Below, piece after piece: positions 9,908-18,957 of a DNA stretch of 64,000 bases; within the stretch, counting starts at the first letter, position 1; each line of letters opens with the position of its first letter. A program made the translations under genes and the position numbers. A model generated the notes under the pieces. That model searched no databases, was not told the origin of the DNA, and worked only from the letters and a program-made list of their open reading frames with translations. Source of the stretch: an uncultured candidate division Zixibacteria bacterium (GTDB lineage: Bacteria; Zixibacteria; MSB-5A5; UBA10806; 4484-95); assembly GCA_963668625.2 (NCBI GenBank), contig CAXXKA010000006.1, positions 448,001 through 512,000 on the forward strand, written 5' to 3'.

Positions 9908-11161
9908 TCACTCGGTGGTAAAACTCCAAACATCACTGGTCAGCGATTGATTATTGCCGTACCTGGCCACGATTTTCCAGTAGTACGTAGTATTCGATTG
10001 ATATGCCACCGGCTCATCATCGACAGTATGGGTTATAGTACCGGTTTCATCAATTGACCAGGTGTCAACAATGGCATCAATATAATCGAGATTCGCTGTC
10101 GCTGAGCAAGTATAGACGTTTTCACTTGCGACAATCGTGTATGAGTATATATCAAGCGGGTATAATATTATGTGATATTCTGAAATCATATTCCCGGGAT
10201 TAGAGTTCGAAAAGGTTACTCCATTGCCAAAATAAGTATCATTTACTGAATGATAATATTCCTGACGATCATGAAGTTCAAGTAGTGTTTGCTGTGTTAT
10301 TTCTTGAAGTTTCCACGGTGTAGCGCAAATCGTATTATCGTAATTTCTAATCGTCCTGGAGGGATCACTGGTAGTATCGAAATAGACATCGAAGCTTACG
10401 AGACTGGTAGCCAATCCATCGAATTCCCATTGGAAAACGAAATCATCCGTTACACCTGTGGCGTTATTTGCCGGGGATACCAGTGTCAATACCTGATCGC
10501 TGGGCTGTACGCTAAAATGCCAGGTGTCGCTAACGAGTGAATCGTTATCTCCGCTTCTGGCAACTACTTTCCAATAGTAAGTGCCGCCCGGTTCGAATGG
10601 ATTGTCTATATCTTCAATAGTGTGTACCAGGTAATTGTTCTCATCTATTTTCCAGGTGTCGATAGTATCATCATTATCCAAATTAGCGGTTGCGGTGCAG
10701 GTAAAATGGTCGGCATCGTTTTGCATGCGATATGAATACACGTCAAGGGAATCCATCACTAAGTTTAAATATTGTTCCCAATAATCAGGAATGCCGGGGT
10801 GTACGATTTCACCATTATAAATGTAAGTGTCTTCCTGATCTCTATACACTTGCTCCGCGTCATGGATTTCCTGCAGGAACTCCGCTGCGATTGCCTGTCT
10901 TTGCCAGATTGTAAGTAGCTCGCTTTGATCTAAATCGGTTGATACCAATGGTGGATTTGTGTTCGTGCCAAGATAAAAATCATAACGAGTACCGGCGGGA
11001 AGATCATCGGCTTCCCAATCAAATACAAAATTTAAACTTGTTATAGTAGCGCCATCGGCCGGGGCCGGGTTTGAAAATGCCGTGTCAGTCGGCTCTGTCC
11101 CATTATCATCACATCCTATAAACAGCAGAATGCTTAGTAGTAATACGATCTTGAACTTCAT
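9908..11161 (-). CDS. Lipoprotein with two tandem Fn3/pilin-like modules; paralog of 8740-9441
   Basis: Lipobox FIGC. Two repeats of PA..G/A.T...YDxYxxT...[QxxY...TY..NG...YSY...TCxATANLD..DTWxIDE..HT]...TYYWKxVAR...SDxWxF. Confidence 0.7.
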   Translation of the reverse strand: MKFKIVLLLSILLFIGCDDNGTEPTDTAFSNPAPADGATITSLNFVFDWEADDLPAGTRYDFYLGTNTNPPLVSTDLDQSELLTIWQRQAIAAEFLQEIHDAEQVYRDQEDTYIYNGEIVHPGIPDYWEQYLNLVMDSLDVYSYRMQNDADHFTCTATANLDNDDTIDTWKIDENNYLVHTIEDIDNPFEPGGTYYWKVVARSGDNDSLVSDTWHFSVQPSDQVLTLVSPANNATGVTDDFVFQWEFDGLATSLVSFDVYFDTTSDPSRTIRNYDNTICATPWKLQEITQQTLLELHDRQEYYHSVNDTYFGNGVTFSNSNPGNMISEYHIILYPLDIYSYTIVASENVYTCSATANLDYIDAIVDTWSIDETGTITHTVDDEPVAYQSNTTYYWKIVARYGNNQSLTSDVWSFTTE

Positions 11162-11273
11162 TTCATCTCCCTGGTTATAATCAATGGATATCTCTATTAT
11201 TGAAGTTGTCGTCAGTTAGAACGTAATATTTAATCAGTATGTAAGTTAATACATTTCATCACTTTAGTTAAAA

Positions 11274-11299
11274 CGAAACCAAAAACTAATAATTTCGTA
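11274..11299 (+). promoter_or_regulatory. Candidate ECF (SigW-like) promoter
   Basis: CGAAAC-N16-CGTA upstream of the DUF4097 gene. Confidence 0.5.
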
Positions 11300-11355
11300 T
11301 ATAAATCAGTCGAATGATACTTACTTTGAAAATCTAATAGATTCAGGAGGATATA

Positions 11356-12264
11356 ATGAAAATTAAAGTTAAAATGATAGCATCCGTGATTGTTGTTATG
11401 TTGCTATTGGGGGCGGTGCAGGCTCTTGCTGATGAGATAGTCAGGGAGTTTGATCCTAAAGCGAGAGTGATTATCGAAACTGTCTCCGGCGATGTCGAGA
11501 TCCGAAAGGGGGGATCGGATAAGATAAAGGTCGTTGTCGATGCGAATGTTCGCCCCCGGGATTCTTTCGAACCTATATTCAGGGATCGCGGCAGATCTCT
11601 GAGATTAGAAGAGCGTATATACGAATCTAACAGCGGCAGAATTACCTGGACTTTAACCGTACCTAACGGCACCGAAATCAAATTCAACTCCGCCTCAGGA
11701 AATATGACCATCGAGGATATCGAGGGCGAATTCTCGGGAAGTACAGCCTCGGGTGACTATAATATTTACAGCTGCAAAGGCATTTTCGATCTCAATACCG
11801 CCTCCGGTGATTACACTCTCGAAGATTGTTCCGGTGAGTTCGATATCAACTCCGCCTCGGGTGATTTCTCCATTCGGCATATCAAGATAGATGAGAGGAG
11901 TAAGATAAATACCGCTTCCGGAGATATTACGGGTCGCGATGTTTTGGTCAATGGATACTGTGATTTCGGTTCGGCCTCCGGCGATGTCAAGATAGTACTT
12001 GGCGAAAGCCCCAAGGATGATATCAAAGTAGGTTCGGCCTCCGGTGACGCCAGCCTGGATTATAACGGCAACAAGATGGTCGGGTTTTTCGAGGTGTCCG
12101 CCAAAAGACGTAACGGCCATATACGTTCCGACCTCGATTTCGATAACGAGGAAGAGTATCGTAAAAACGGCCAGTGGTATGTTCGTAAAACAGTGAAATT
12201 GAATGATAATGAGCCGCTAATAACGGTTGGAACGGCCAGTGGACGGGCGGAACTCAAGAAATAA
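11356..12264 (+). CDS. DUF4097-family beta-strand repeat protein, secreted
   Basis: Signal peptide, many (N/G)(T/S)ASGD repeats, AGGAGG RBS. Confidence 0.85.
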   Translation: MKIKVKMIASVIVVMLLLGAVQALADEIVREFDPKARVIIETVSGDVEIRKGGSDKIKVVVDANVRPRDSFEPIFRDRGRSLRLEERIYESNSGRITWTLTVPNGTEIKFNSASGNMTIEDIEGEFSGSTASGDYNIYSCKGIFDLNTASGDYTLEDCSGEFDINSASGDFSIRHIKIDERSKINTASGDITGRDVLVNGYCDFGSASGDVKIVLGESPKDDIKVGSASGDASLDYNGNKMVGFFEVSAKRRNGHIRSDLDFDNEEEYRKNGQWYVRKTVKLNDNEPLITVGTASGRAELKK

Positions 12265-12303
12265 TTAAAATACTTTTACATACTTGATTAAATTGTAACA
12301 ATA

Positions 12304-12339
12304 AAAAAACTGCCGTATAATATATCCGGCAGTTTTTTT
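12304..12339. terminator. Bidirectional terminator
   Basis: AAAAAACTGCCG...CGGCAGTTTTTT. Confidence 0.75.
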
Positions 12340-12465
12340 AGTAGACAATTGTTTTTTGTCTCGCTTTTGATTTTCCCAGGCTCCATATCCCAATATTTAC
12401 AAAGGTGGCGGGTAATGTGATATTTGCCAACCTGGATATTCAGCGATCTTGTTCTGCAAACTAGT

Positions 12466-12700
12466 TTATTCCGGAAAGTCAGGATGGATGACTATATCGA
12501 TTCTCCTGTTTTTCGCTCTTCCTTCCGAGGTTTCATTATTGGCGATTGGTTTAGTTTCGCCAAAACCCTCGGATGTTATTCTCGATTCATCCATTACCAT
12601 ATTAGCTAAAAGATAAGATTTTACCGCTTCAGCTCTTTTTCCGATAATTCGAAGTTCAAATCATCGCTACCGTATGAATCCGTGTGCCCTTGAATGGTTT
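12466..12700 (-). pseudogene. Frameshifted remnant of an OmpA-like (peptidoglycan-binding) C-terminal domain
   Basis: Minus strand reads IQGHTDSYGSDDLNFELSEK, then after a 1-nt shift RAEAVKSYLL...RITSEGFGETKPIANNETSEGRAKNRRIDIVI. No intact 5' part. Confidence 0.85.
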
Positions 12701-12780
12701 GCTGCGAGAAAAGGATACTATATCTGATGTTTTATCAGTATAATTGGTTATTAATGATTGATTGTATTTGCCAAAACTTA

Positions 12781-13116
12781 CTATCCGGGCGGCCAGTGAA
12801 GCCATCTACCACCAAGTAAATGAAGATGTACATGATATACCGATTGCCCGCCATGTTCGCGACAGTTAATCACCGTGCGATAGCCTTTGGCGGATACACC
12901 CAACTCGACCGCCAGCTCGGCAGCTTTGGAGGTCATCTTGCCTAATAATTCAGGTGGTGTGTCCTCGATAGTTTCGTAATGCTTTTTGGGGATAACCAGA
13001 ATATGAGTTGGCGCCTGCGGGTTGATATCATGAAAAGCGAATAGCTCATCATCCTCGTATATCTTTATCGAGGTTCTTTCTCCGGCGGCTATCTGGCAAA
13101 ATAAGCAGTTAGACAT
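12781..13116 (-). CDS. Histidine triad (HIT/Hint) nucleotide-binding protein
   Basis: MSNCLFCQI, DINPQAPTHILVIPKKH, HVHLHLLGGR..WPPG. Start reassigned to the ATG at 13116. Confidence 0.92.
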   Translation of the reverse strand: MSNCLFCQIAAGERTSIKIYEDDELFAFHDINPQAPTHILVIPKKHYETIEDTPPELLGKMTSKAAELAVELGVSAKGYRTVINCREHGGQSVYHVHLHLLGGRWLHWPPG

Positions 13117-13365
13117 TTGGAATCTATAGCATAAGTTAGAGTTTATATCAATTATTAAATTAATAGAAATGTATGTGTAAAAACCGGGTTTCACGAGTAC
13201 ACTCAGCAAAACTCATTATAGTCTCTTGAAAGACTATTTTCTGATTCAATAGTATTAAAATATCCTGAAATTGGCTATTAAAGGATTATTAGCTATAGCC
13301 GAACTTTTAAATAGTAGGATTCAAAATGTAAATCAATTTTAATGTTAGAATTTAAAGGAGAAATT

Positions 13366-14655
13366 ATGTTTAGTATCTCAAAGAAAGCAGCATTGTTAAT
13401 CATCCCATTAACCCTTTGTTTATTTTTCGCGTGTAGTGATGATGATTCGACTTCATCGGGTACCGGAGATCTTGCGGGCAAGTATGTTGGTGTAATTATT
13501 GAAAGCGGTTACGATACTCCCGGTGAAATGGACGCCACGGATTTTGGTTTTGTCGGCGAGACTTTCGCTGTTGAAGTAACAGACAATCTCATGCTTGTTG
13601 TCAATGAGAATAGCGTTTACAATGATGAGGTGAGTCTTCAGCTGACGGAGGCTACGGAAGATACTTATACCGGGGCTTTCATTGATAATGAGGTTGATTA
13701 CACGCTTACACATAATTTTACTATTACCTATAATGAGGATTTAGCGAAGTGGCAGGCTGGTGTTGAGCTTGTGCTGGATTCGGGCAGTGATGGTGATACG
13801 GATGATACAGGTTTAATCAATATCGTTTTAGAGCAGAGGCTTGACTGGAGTGAATACCCGACAGAATGGGCGGTTGCAAACTCCTATACCGATGGTAATA
13901 CCGGTTTCGTTGAACTGGAGGTTATGACCGCTGCTTTAGGAGCCGAGGGTATTATACATGGTCTGGTTTTTTATAATGACGGAGATTCGATTAGAGCGCG
14001 GCAATATATAAGCGATAGTCCCGAAGTTCTTACTATTGTCATTCAGGAAATGAACGATGACTATATCCGTTTCTCAGCAATTGATCAGGAACTACCATCA
14101 ACTACAATTACACCTGATCCTGAGGATTGGAATACAGATGCCGGTTTATCGGATGTTCATTTAATTCCGACGACTCGCATGGCCGGTTTCGTTGCGGATG
14201 AGGATACGATTACAGTTGAATCGCAAGCAGACTACGATACGGATGGCCAGGATGGCGGCAGCACATATTCATACTTCGGCGCTAATATAACCGGTGTAGA
14301 AGTTACTTATACTATCAATAATGATGGCACGATGGATACTGAGATGGGTGGCGATCCCGAAACCAGAGATTTAGGATACATGGAGTTCTCCGGGATAGGT
14401 TACCTGGTTTCCCCGCGCATTGATACATCAGGGAATGATCTGGATGTAAGCTACCTGGTTATGGAACTGGATGCATCAGGTAATGCAACCGGTGATGGTC
14501 TTATTCAGGGGTATGATATTCCCGATACTGACCTCGATGGTGAGCTTGATGATGACGAGGCTGAGAATATCGATAATGAGGGAGTTGCGGTTTTCGGTGA
14601 TGGCCTCGATCCCGATTTATTTGATTTCATAACAACAACAATACCTACATTGTAG
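13366..14655 (+). CDS. Very acidic hypothetical lipoprotein
   Basis: Lipobox FFAC, Asp/Glu/Thr-rich, AAGGAG RBS before the ATG at 13366, terminator downstream. Confidence 0.75.
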   Translation: MFSISKKAALLIIPLTLCLFFACSDDDSTSSGTGDLAGKYVGVIIESGYDTPGEMDATDFGFVGETFAVEVTDNLMLVVNENSVYNDEVSLQLTEATEDTYTGAFIDNEVDYTLTHNFTITYNEDLAKWQAGVELVLDSGSDGDTDDTGLINIVLEQRLDWSEYPTEWAVANSYTDGNTGFVELEVMTAALGAEGIIHGLVFYNDGDSIRARQYISDSPEVLTIVIQEMNDDYIRFSAIDQELPSTTITPDPEDWNTDAGLSDVHLIPTTRMAGFVADEDTITVESQADYDTDGQDGGSTYSYFGANITGVEVTYTINNDGTMDTEMGGDPETRDLGYMEFSGIGYLVSPRIDTSGNDLDVSYLVMELDASGNATGDGLIQGYDIPDTDLDGELDDDEAENIDNEGVAVFGDGLDPDLFDFITTTIPTL

Positions 14656-14685
14656 AACCTGATTTAACAGATATACTAATTTAAG

Positions 14686-14712
14686 ATGGCAGGGGTTTTA
14701 AACTCCTGCCAT
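14686..14712. terminator. Intrinsic terminator
   Basis: ATGGCAGGGG...CTCCTGCCAT stem. Confidence 0.65.
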
Positions 14713-14780
14713 TACTTTATACTCTTAATCTAACAATCAGCACTGATGCACATAAGTTTGATTGCCGGTAAGACCGGGTA

Positions 14781-15053
14781 TCAGATCAAATTAAACTTGA
14801 ATAGTATTAATCCCAGAACGGCTAACGCCGCCGAGTTGATTGAGGCCAGTCACAGGTAGTACAATAGGCCAGGGTTTCCCGATTCTTCGATAGTAATCTC
14901 TTTATATTGATTTAGGTATTTAAAGATGTAAATCCGAACTAGAAAAATATTAATCTTGATATTTCTCTTATCAAGCTCTCTGAAAATCAGGATGGTTGCC
15001 AGAATATTTATCGTCACGAAAGCGCATGTCAGATAAATCAATGCCGTTAACAT
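14781..15053 (-). pseudogene. Small membrane protein gene with probable premature TGA at 14850-14852
   Basis: GGAGGT RBS and ATG at 15053. The reading continues in frame after the TGA into a hydrophobic helix (LYYL*LASINSAALAVLGLILFKFNLI*). Confidence 0.55.
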
Positions 15054-15091
15054 TTTATACACCTCCGTTAAGTTCCTCTATCATATAATAC

Positions 15092-15346
15092 CACTAGTGT
15101 CCGGTGTTTTTCGTTAAATTTTAAATTTCTCCTTGGAATTGTTAATGAGAAATATTTTCCGATATAATTATTTTATTCAGCGTATCATTCATCCTGACAT
15201 ATCCTGCCGATGTTAGGCTTGGTTTTCTGGTTTCCAAGCGCTGCTTGGAAACCTTCTTGAATCATGTAGAATGCGCATTCTGCCGGCAAACAAGCCACGT
15301 TGCGAAGCAGCGCTTCGCAACGAGATGAAAAGACCGGACAGTAGTG
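15092..15346 (+). mobile_element. 255-bp MITE, complete copy 1
   Basis: TIRs CACTAGTGTCCGG / CCGGACAGTAGTG, 9-bp direct repeat ATATAATAC at 15083-15091 and 15347-15355, near-identical to 48838-49092. Confidence 0.93.
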
Positions 15347-15438
15347 ATATAATACATTTAAATGATGAGAATATTCATAAGTAGCGACCGATAATAGAAT
15401 GCAATATACGCACTATAAGAAGTTAGATGATTAAAGAT

Positions 15439-16362
15439 TTATTCTTGTTTGGTGATAGCCTGTAAAGATTCCGCCTCAATGAATACTTTCTTAACATGGG
15501 GAAAAGACTGCTTTATGTTGTTATCAAGTCCGGCTATAATTTGCTCCAGCTCGACTACGGATATCTCATCGGCGAACTCTATACTGAGATTCACCAGGAT
15601 AAACTCCGGCCCAACATGCATGGTGAGTATCTCATTAGCTTTGATTATGCCCTCTTGTTGATTGACGATCTCGCGTATACCCTGTACTACTTCAATATTG
15701 GCGCGTTCGCCTATTAGCAACCCTTTAGTCTCATAAGCCAGCCAGATAGCGGTGCCGCCTAATATCAAACCGATAATAATCGAGGCGATAGAGTCATACG
15801 ACGTATTGCCCGTTAGCTGGGTTAACATCACGCCCAGCACAGCTACGATAATACCGAGCATCGCCGCGGAGTCTTCAAATAGCACCACGAATATCGAGGG
15901 ATCTTTGCCGCGTTTAACAGCCTCAAGATATGACCGTCTGCCTTTTACTTTAGAGAACTCCCGCAGCGCGAATAACCAGGCGGCCGCCTCGAACACGAAT
16001 GCAAGGCTAAGTACTATATAGCTGAGCATGAAAGAGTCTATTTGCTTCGGGTGCTGAAGGTGACGGATGCCCTCGTATAGCGAAACCCCCGAGCCGACCG
16101 CGAATATCAATATGGCAACCACGAAACTCCAGAAATACACCTCTTTACCGTGACCAAACGGGTGGATTTCATTGGCCGGGCGGTTGGCTCGTTTTAAGCC
16201 ATACAACAGAAGAATCTGATTGCCGGTATCGACCGTGGAGTGGATGCCCTCCGAGAGCATGGCCGAACTGCCGGTAAATATCGCCGCTATAAACTTGCTG
16301 ATCGCAATTAGAGTGTTACCAACCAGCGCTGCGTAAATAGCTTTTTTAGAGGATGATGCCAT
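15439..16362 (-). CDS. Cation diffusion facilitator (CDF) family transporter
   Basis: SAMLSEGIHSTVDTGNQ, HPFGHGKE, VLFEDSAA. Start reassigned to MASSSKK. Confidence 0.9.
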   Translation of the reverse strand: MASSSKKAIYAALVGNTLIAISKFIAAIFTGSSAMLSEGIHSTVDTGNQILLLYGLKRANRPANEIHPFGHGKEVYFWSFVVAILIFAVGSGVSLYEGIRHLQHPKQIDSFMLSYIVLSLAFVFEAAAWLFALREFSKVKGRRSYLEAVKRGKDPSIFVVLFEDSAAMLGIIVAVLGVMLTQLTGNTSYDSIASIIIGLILGGTAIWLAYETKGLLIGERANIEVVQGIREIVNQQEGIIKANEILTMHVGPEFILVNLSIEFADEISVVELEQIIAGLDNNIKQSFPHVKKVFIEAESLQAITKQE

Positions 16363-16369
16363 AAAAAAG

Positions 16370-16398
16370 ACTATAGCATGAATATCGGGGAAGGTCAA
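16370..16398 (-). promoter_or_regulatory. Sigma70 promoter giving a probably leaderless CDF mRNA
   Basis: TTGACC-N17-TATAGT-N7-ATG, no SD sequence. Confidence 0.6.
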
Positions 16399-16544
16399 GT
16401 GTCCAGACGCAAGAAACATGATCTATCTCGATACGAAGCTCCGGAATCGTTGAAAAACCAGAAAGCGGTATTTACGAGTGAATCAATGTAATCAGTCTAT
16501 TGAAGGTGGCGCGTATGAATAGTACTGGAGCAAACGCGAATTGC

Positions 16545-16799
16545 TTATCTATAGCGTATTTTCAATCCCAGGATGATAACCGCTAACGTTATGGTGATCA
16601 GGTTGGCAACGATAATGGGAATGGCGTCAATTATAAATCCATAAATGATCCAGAGTAGCAAACCTAATATGAATGCGATATACATGACAATAGAAATATC
16701 TTTGGTCGATTTGGTGCGCCAGGCTTTGGTCAGTTGAGGTATAAATGATATCGTTGTCAAAGCCCCGGCCAGGTAGCCGAGAATCGCTGCTACATCCAT
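16545..16799 (-). CDS. SemiSWEET (PQ-loop/MtN3) transporter
   Basis: LGYLAGALTTISFIPQ...TKSTKDIS...LWIIYG...PIIVAN. Confidence 0.9.
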   Translation of the reverse strand: MDVAAILGYLAGALTTISFIPQLTKAWRTKSTKDISIVMYIAFILGLLLWIIYGFIIDAIPIIVANLITITLAVIILGLKIRYR

Positions 16800-16938
16800 A
16801 GATGCGATATTATAGGTGAGATGCTGTTTATGCAAGAGAAATAAATAGGCTCATGTAAGTTTAATGGTACCTGCTACTACTTCCTGTTGGATAATATCAC
16901 TGAGCCGCGCTTTAAGGCAAGTGGTTCCAGGTCGGGGA

Positions 16939-17685
16939 TTAAATCTCCCCGGCTTTTTCCATAACCAGTGCCGCGAAAAGTATAGCGGCGGTCTCCACCC
17001 GGAGCCGTCTGGGGCCGAGTTTTACCGGCTTGAAACCGTTATCTATTGCCCGGGCAACCTCAGGTGGAGTCAAACCCGATTCGGGGCCGACCAGTATAAG
17101 AACCTCCCGGGGGCCGTCATACAGAAGCTCTTTCAAGTTCTCCGGCGAAAGACGCATATCGGCGATAAGCGAAACATGATAATCGATGGACATCCGAATG
17201 ATATCCTCGTAACGAACCAGCTCGGCGATTTCCGGCGTGATCGTTCGCAACGATTGCTTGGTGGCGGCCCTGGCGATTTTTTGCCATCTGGATAGCTTAC
17301 GGTTGGATGATTTATCGAGTTTGTCATCGGCTAGTGTTCTTTCGGAGGTGAAGAAGATGAACTTGCTCACACCTAACTCGGTGCCTTTTTCTACGATGAA
17401 ATCTATCTTGGCCGGGCGCGCCAGACCTACGGCCAGGGTGAGCTTTATTAGAGGCTCGTTCTCCAGGCGGGTCGTTTTGATTATCTCGCCGGTGACAGAA
17501 CTGAGCGATATCTCCTTTATTATTGCCTGATGTTTCCGGCCCTGGCCATCCACGGCGTAGAATATATCGCCCACCTGTGCCCTCATTACTTTAGCCAGGT
17601 GACGGGACTCCGTAGAATCGAGTGTGAACCGTCGCCCCTCGATAGAATCGGGGGAGACCATGAAATTTGTTGCTTTAATTTCCAC
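16939..17685 (-). CDS. rsmE: 16S rRNA m3U1498 methyltransferase
   Basis: HLAKVMR, EKGTELGV, VGPESGL, LGPRRLRVETA. Follows prmA; exact start uncertain. Confidence 0.9.
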   Translation of the reverse strand: MEIKATNFMVSPDSIEGRRFTLDSTESRHLAKVMRAQVGDIFYAVDGQGRKHQAIIKEISLSSVTGEIIKTTRLENEPLIKLTLAVGLARPAKIDFIVEKGTELGVSKFIFFTSERTLADDKLDKSSNRKLSRWQKIARAATKQSLRTITPEIAELVRYEDIIRMSIDYHVSLIADMRLSPENLKELLYDGPREVLILVGPESGLTPPEVARAIDNGFKPVKLGPRRLRVETAAILFAALVMEKAGEI

Positions 17686-18562
17686 TGCCGGATGCTTTCG
17701 AGGCGATATAGCTGACCCATTCCTCGCCGAGCAGCTCATCGCGGATTATATATGGTTTCTTCAAAATGAAATCCAGAAAACGCTGTTTATCGAATGTCGG
17801 TATACCAGAATAGATAACCTGTCCACCGGGTTTGAGCGATTTGTCAAGCTCCGTGTACACCTCTATAATCTGGTCGATACTGAGGTTGGCGGCGATGATA
17901 TCCACCGGCTTTTCAGGTATGTATTTGCCTGATTCGATCACCTCAACTTTGACCTTGTTGAGCATTATATTCTCGCGAGCGCATTCGATCGCCTCCGGGT
18001 CGATATCGCAGGCGATGACTTTATCCGCGCCCATCTTGTATGCCGCTATTGCCAGCAAGCCCGAGCCGCAGCCGTAGTCGAGTACGCGTTTTCCCATCAC
18101 GCCCAGTTTCTCAACGCCGGCCATACACTGCGCGGTTGTCTCGTGATGTCCCGTGCCGAACGCCATTTTTGGATCGATTACCACCTCGATCTCGCCGGGT
18201 TGTATATCGTAGCTCTCCCAGGTCGGCCTGACCACCAAGTTCTCGGTGACATGAATCGGCACGAATGTTTTCTTCCAGCCGGCCATCCAGTCCTCGGCCT
18301 CGATGAAATCCAGCGAGATGATATCGTACTGAGCGTCATCGAAATTGCCCCTGATCGACTCGAAAAACTTCTCGATTTCCTCATGAGTAAACAGCTCGTT
18401 TTTATCGGGGCTGAGATACGCGGTCAACACGGTCTGTCCGTTTAGCTGTCCGTCCTCGGCGACTATGCCTCCGGTATTTCGTTCGAGAAGGTAATTCGAG
18501 AATATCTCCATGATATCATTGGAGCAGGAGATCGAGATTTTCTGGTATTTATTTTCAGACAT
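17675..18562 (-). CDS. prmA: Ribosomal protein L11 methyltransferase
   Basis: IDPKMAFGTGHHETT, VLDYGCGSGLLAI, DIDPEA. dnaJ-prmA-rsmE synteny. Confidence 0.93.
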   Translation of the reverse strand: MSENKYQKISISCSNDIMEIFSNYLLERNTGGIVAEDGQLNGQTVLTAYLSPDKNELFTHEEIEKFFESIRGNFDDAQYDIISLDFIEAEDWMAGWKKTFVPIHVTENLVVRPTWESYDIQPGEIEVVIDPKMAFGTGHHETTAQCMAGVEKLGVMGKRVLDYGCGSGLLAIAAYKMGADKVIACDIDPEAIECARENIMLNKVKVEVIESGKYIPEKPVDIIAANLSIDQIIEVYTELDKSLKPGGQVIYSGIPTFDKQRFLDFILKKPYIIRDELLGEEWVSYIASKASGSGN

Positions 18563-18577
18563 TACATTTTCCTCGTG

Positions 18578-18948
18578 TGTTATTCCCACGAAAGGGGGAA
18601 TCTGTCAGTAAGTAATGAGATTCCCGTTTTCACGGGAATGACATCAATAAAACCCACATACCTCAGGATGGAAGCTATGCGACATCCTGAGGTACCAGCG
18701 CCAACCTCTTGAACAGTAGGTCAAGCCCACTCGGGGCTTGACTAACCCGCATAGGAAACATGACGCTTATTGACTATATGATTAAACGGGGGGAAGGTCA
18801 AGGGAGATGTGGGGGGATGAGGGATATCAGAATTGGTATATAAGGCAGTATCTATTGTAATTCGTTTTTATACAATCAATTTTATAACTATTATAAACGC
18901 GCGTTAGTCCCCAATTGGGCTGGCACGCCCCGAGTCAGAGTGACCTAC
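18578..18948. repeat. Cluster of REP-like hairpins between dnaJ and prmA
   Basis: TTATTCCCACGAAAGGGGGAATC...GATTCCCGTTTTCACGGGAATGACA doublet, CCTCAGGATG...CATCCTGAGG, GTAGGTCAAGCCC..GGGCTTGAC, and an inverted degenerate GTAGGTCA copy at about 18923-18948. Confidence 0.65.
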
Positions 18949-18957
18949 GAATGGAAA

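Noticed and set aside
14850-14852. TGA recoding (Trp/Gly/Sec)
   Set aside because: TGA serves as a normal stop for several intact genes here (serine hydrolase, rluA, dnaJ, xerC, bamD), so a point mutation or sequencing error is simpler.
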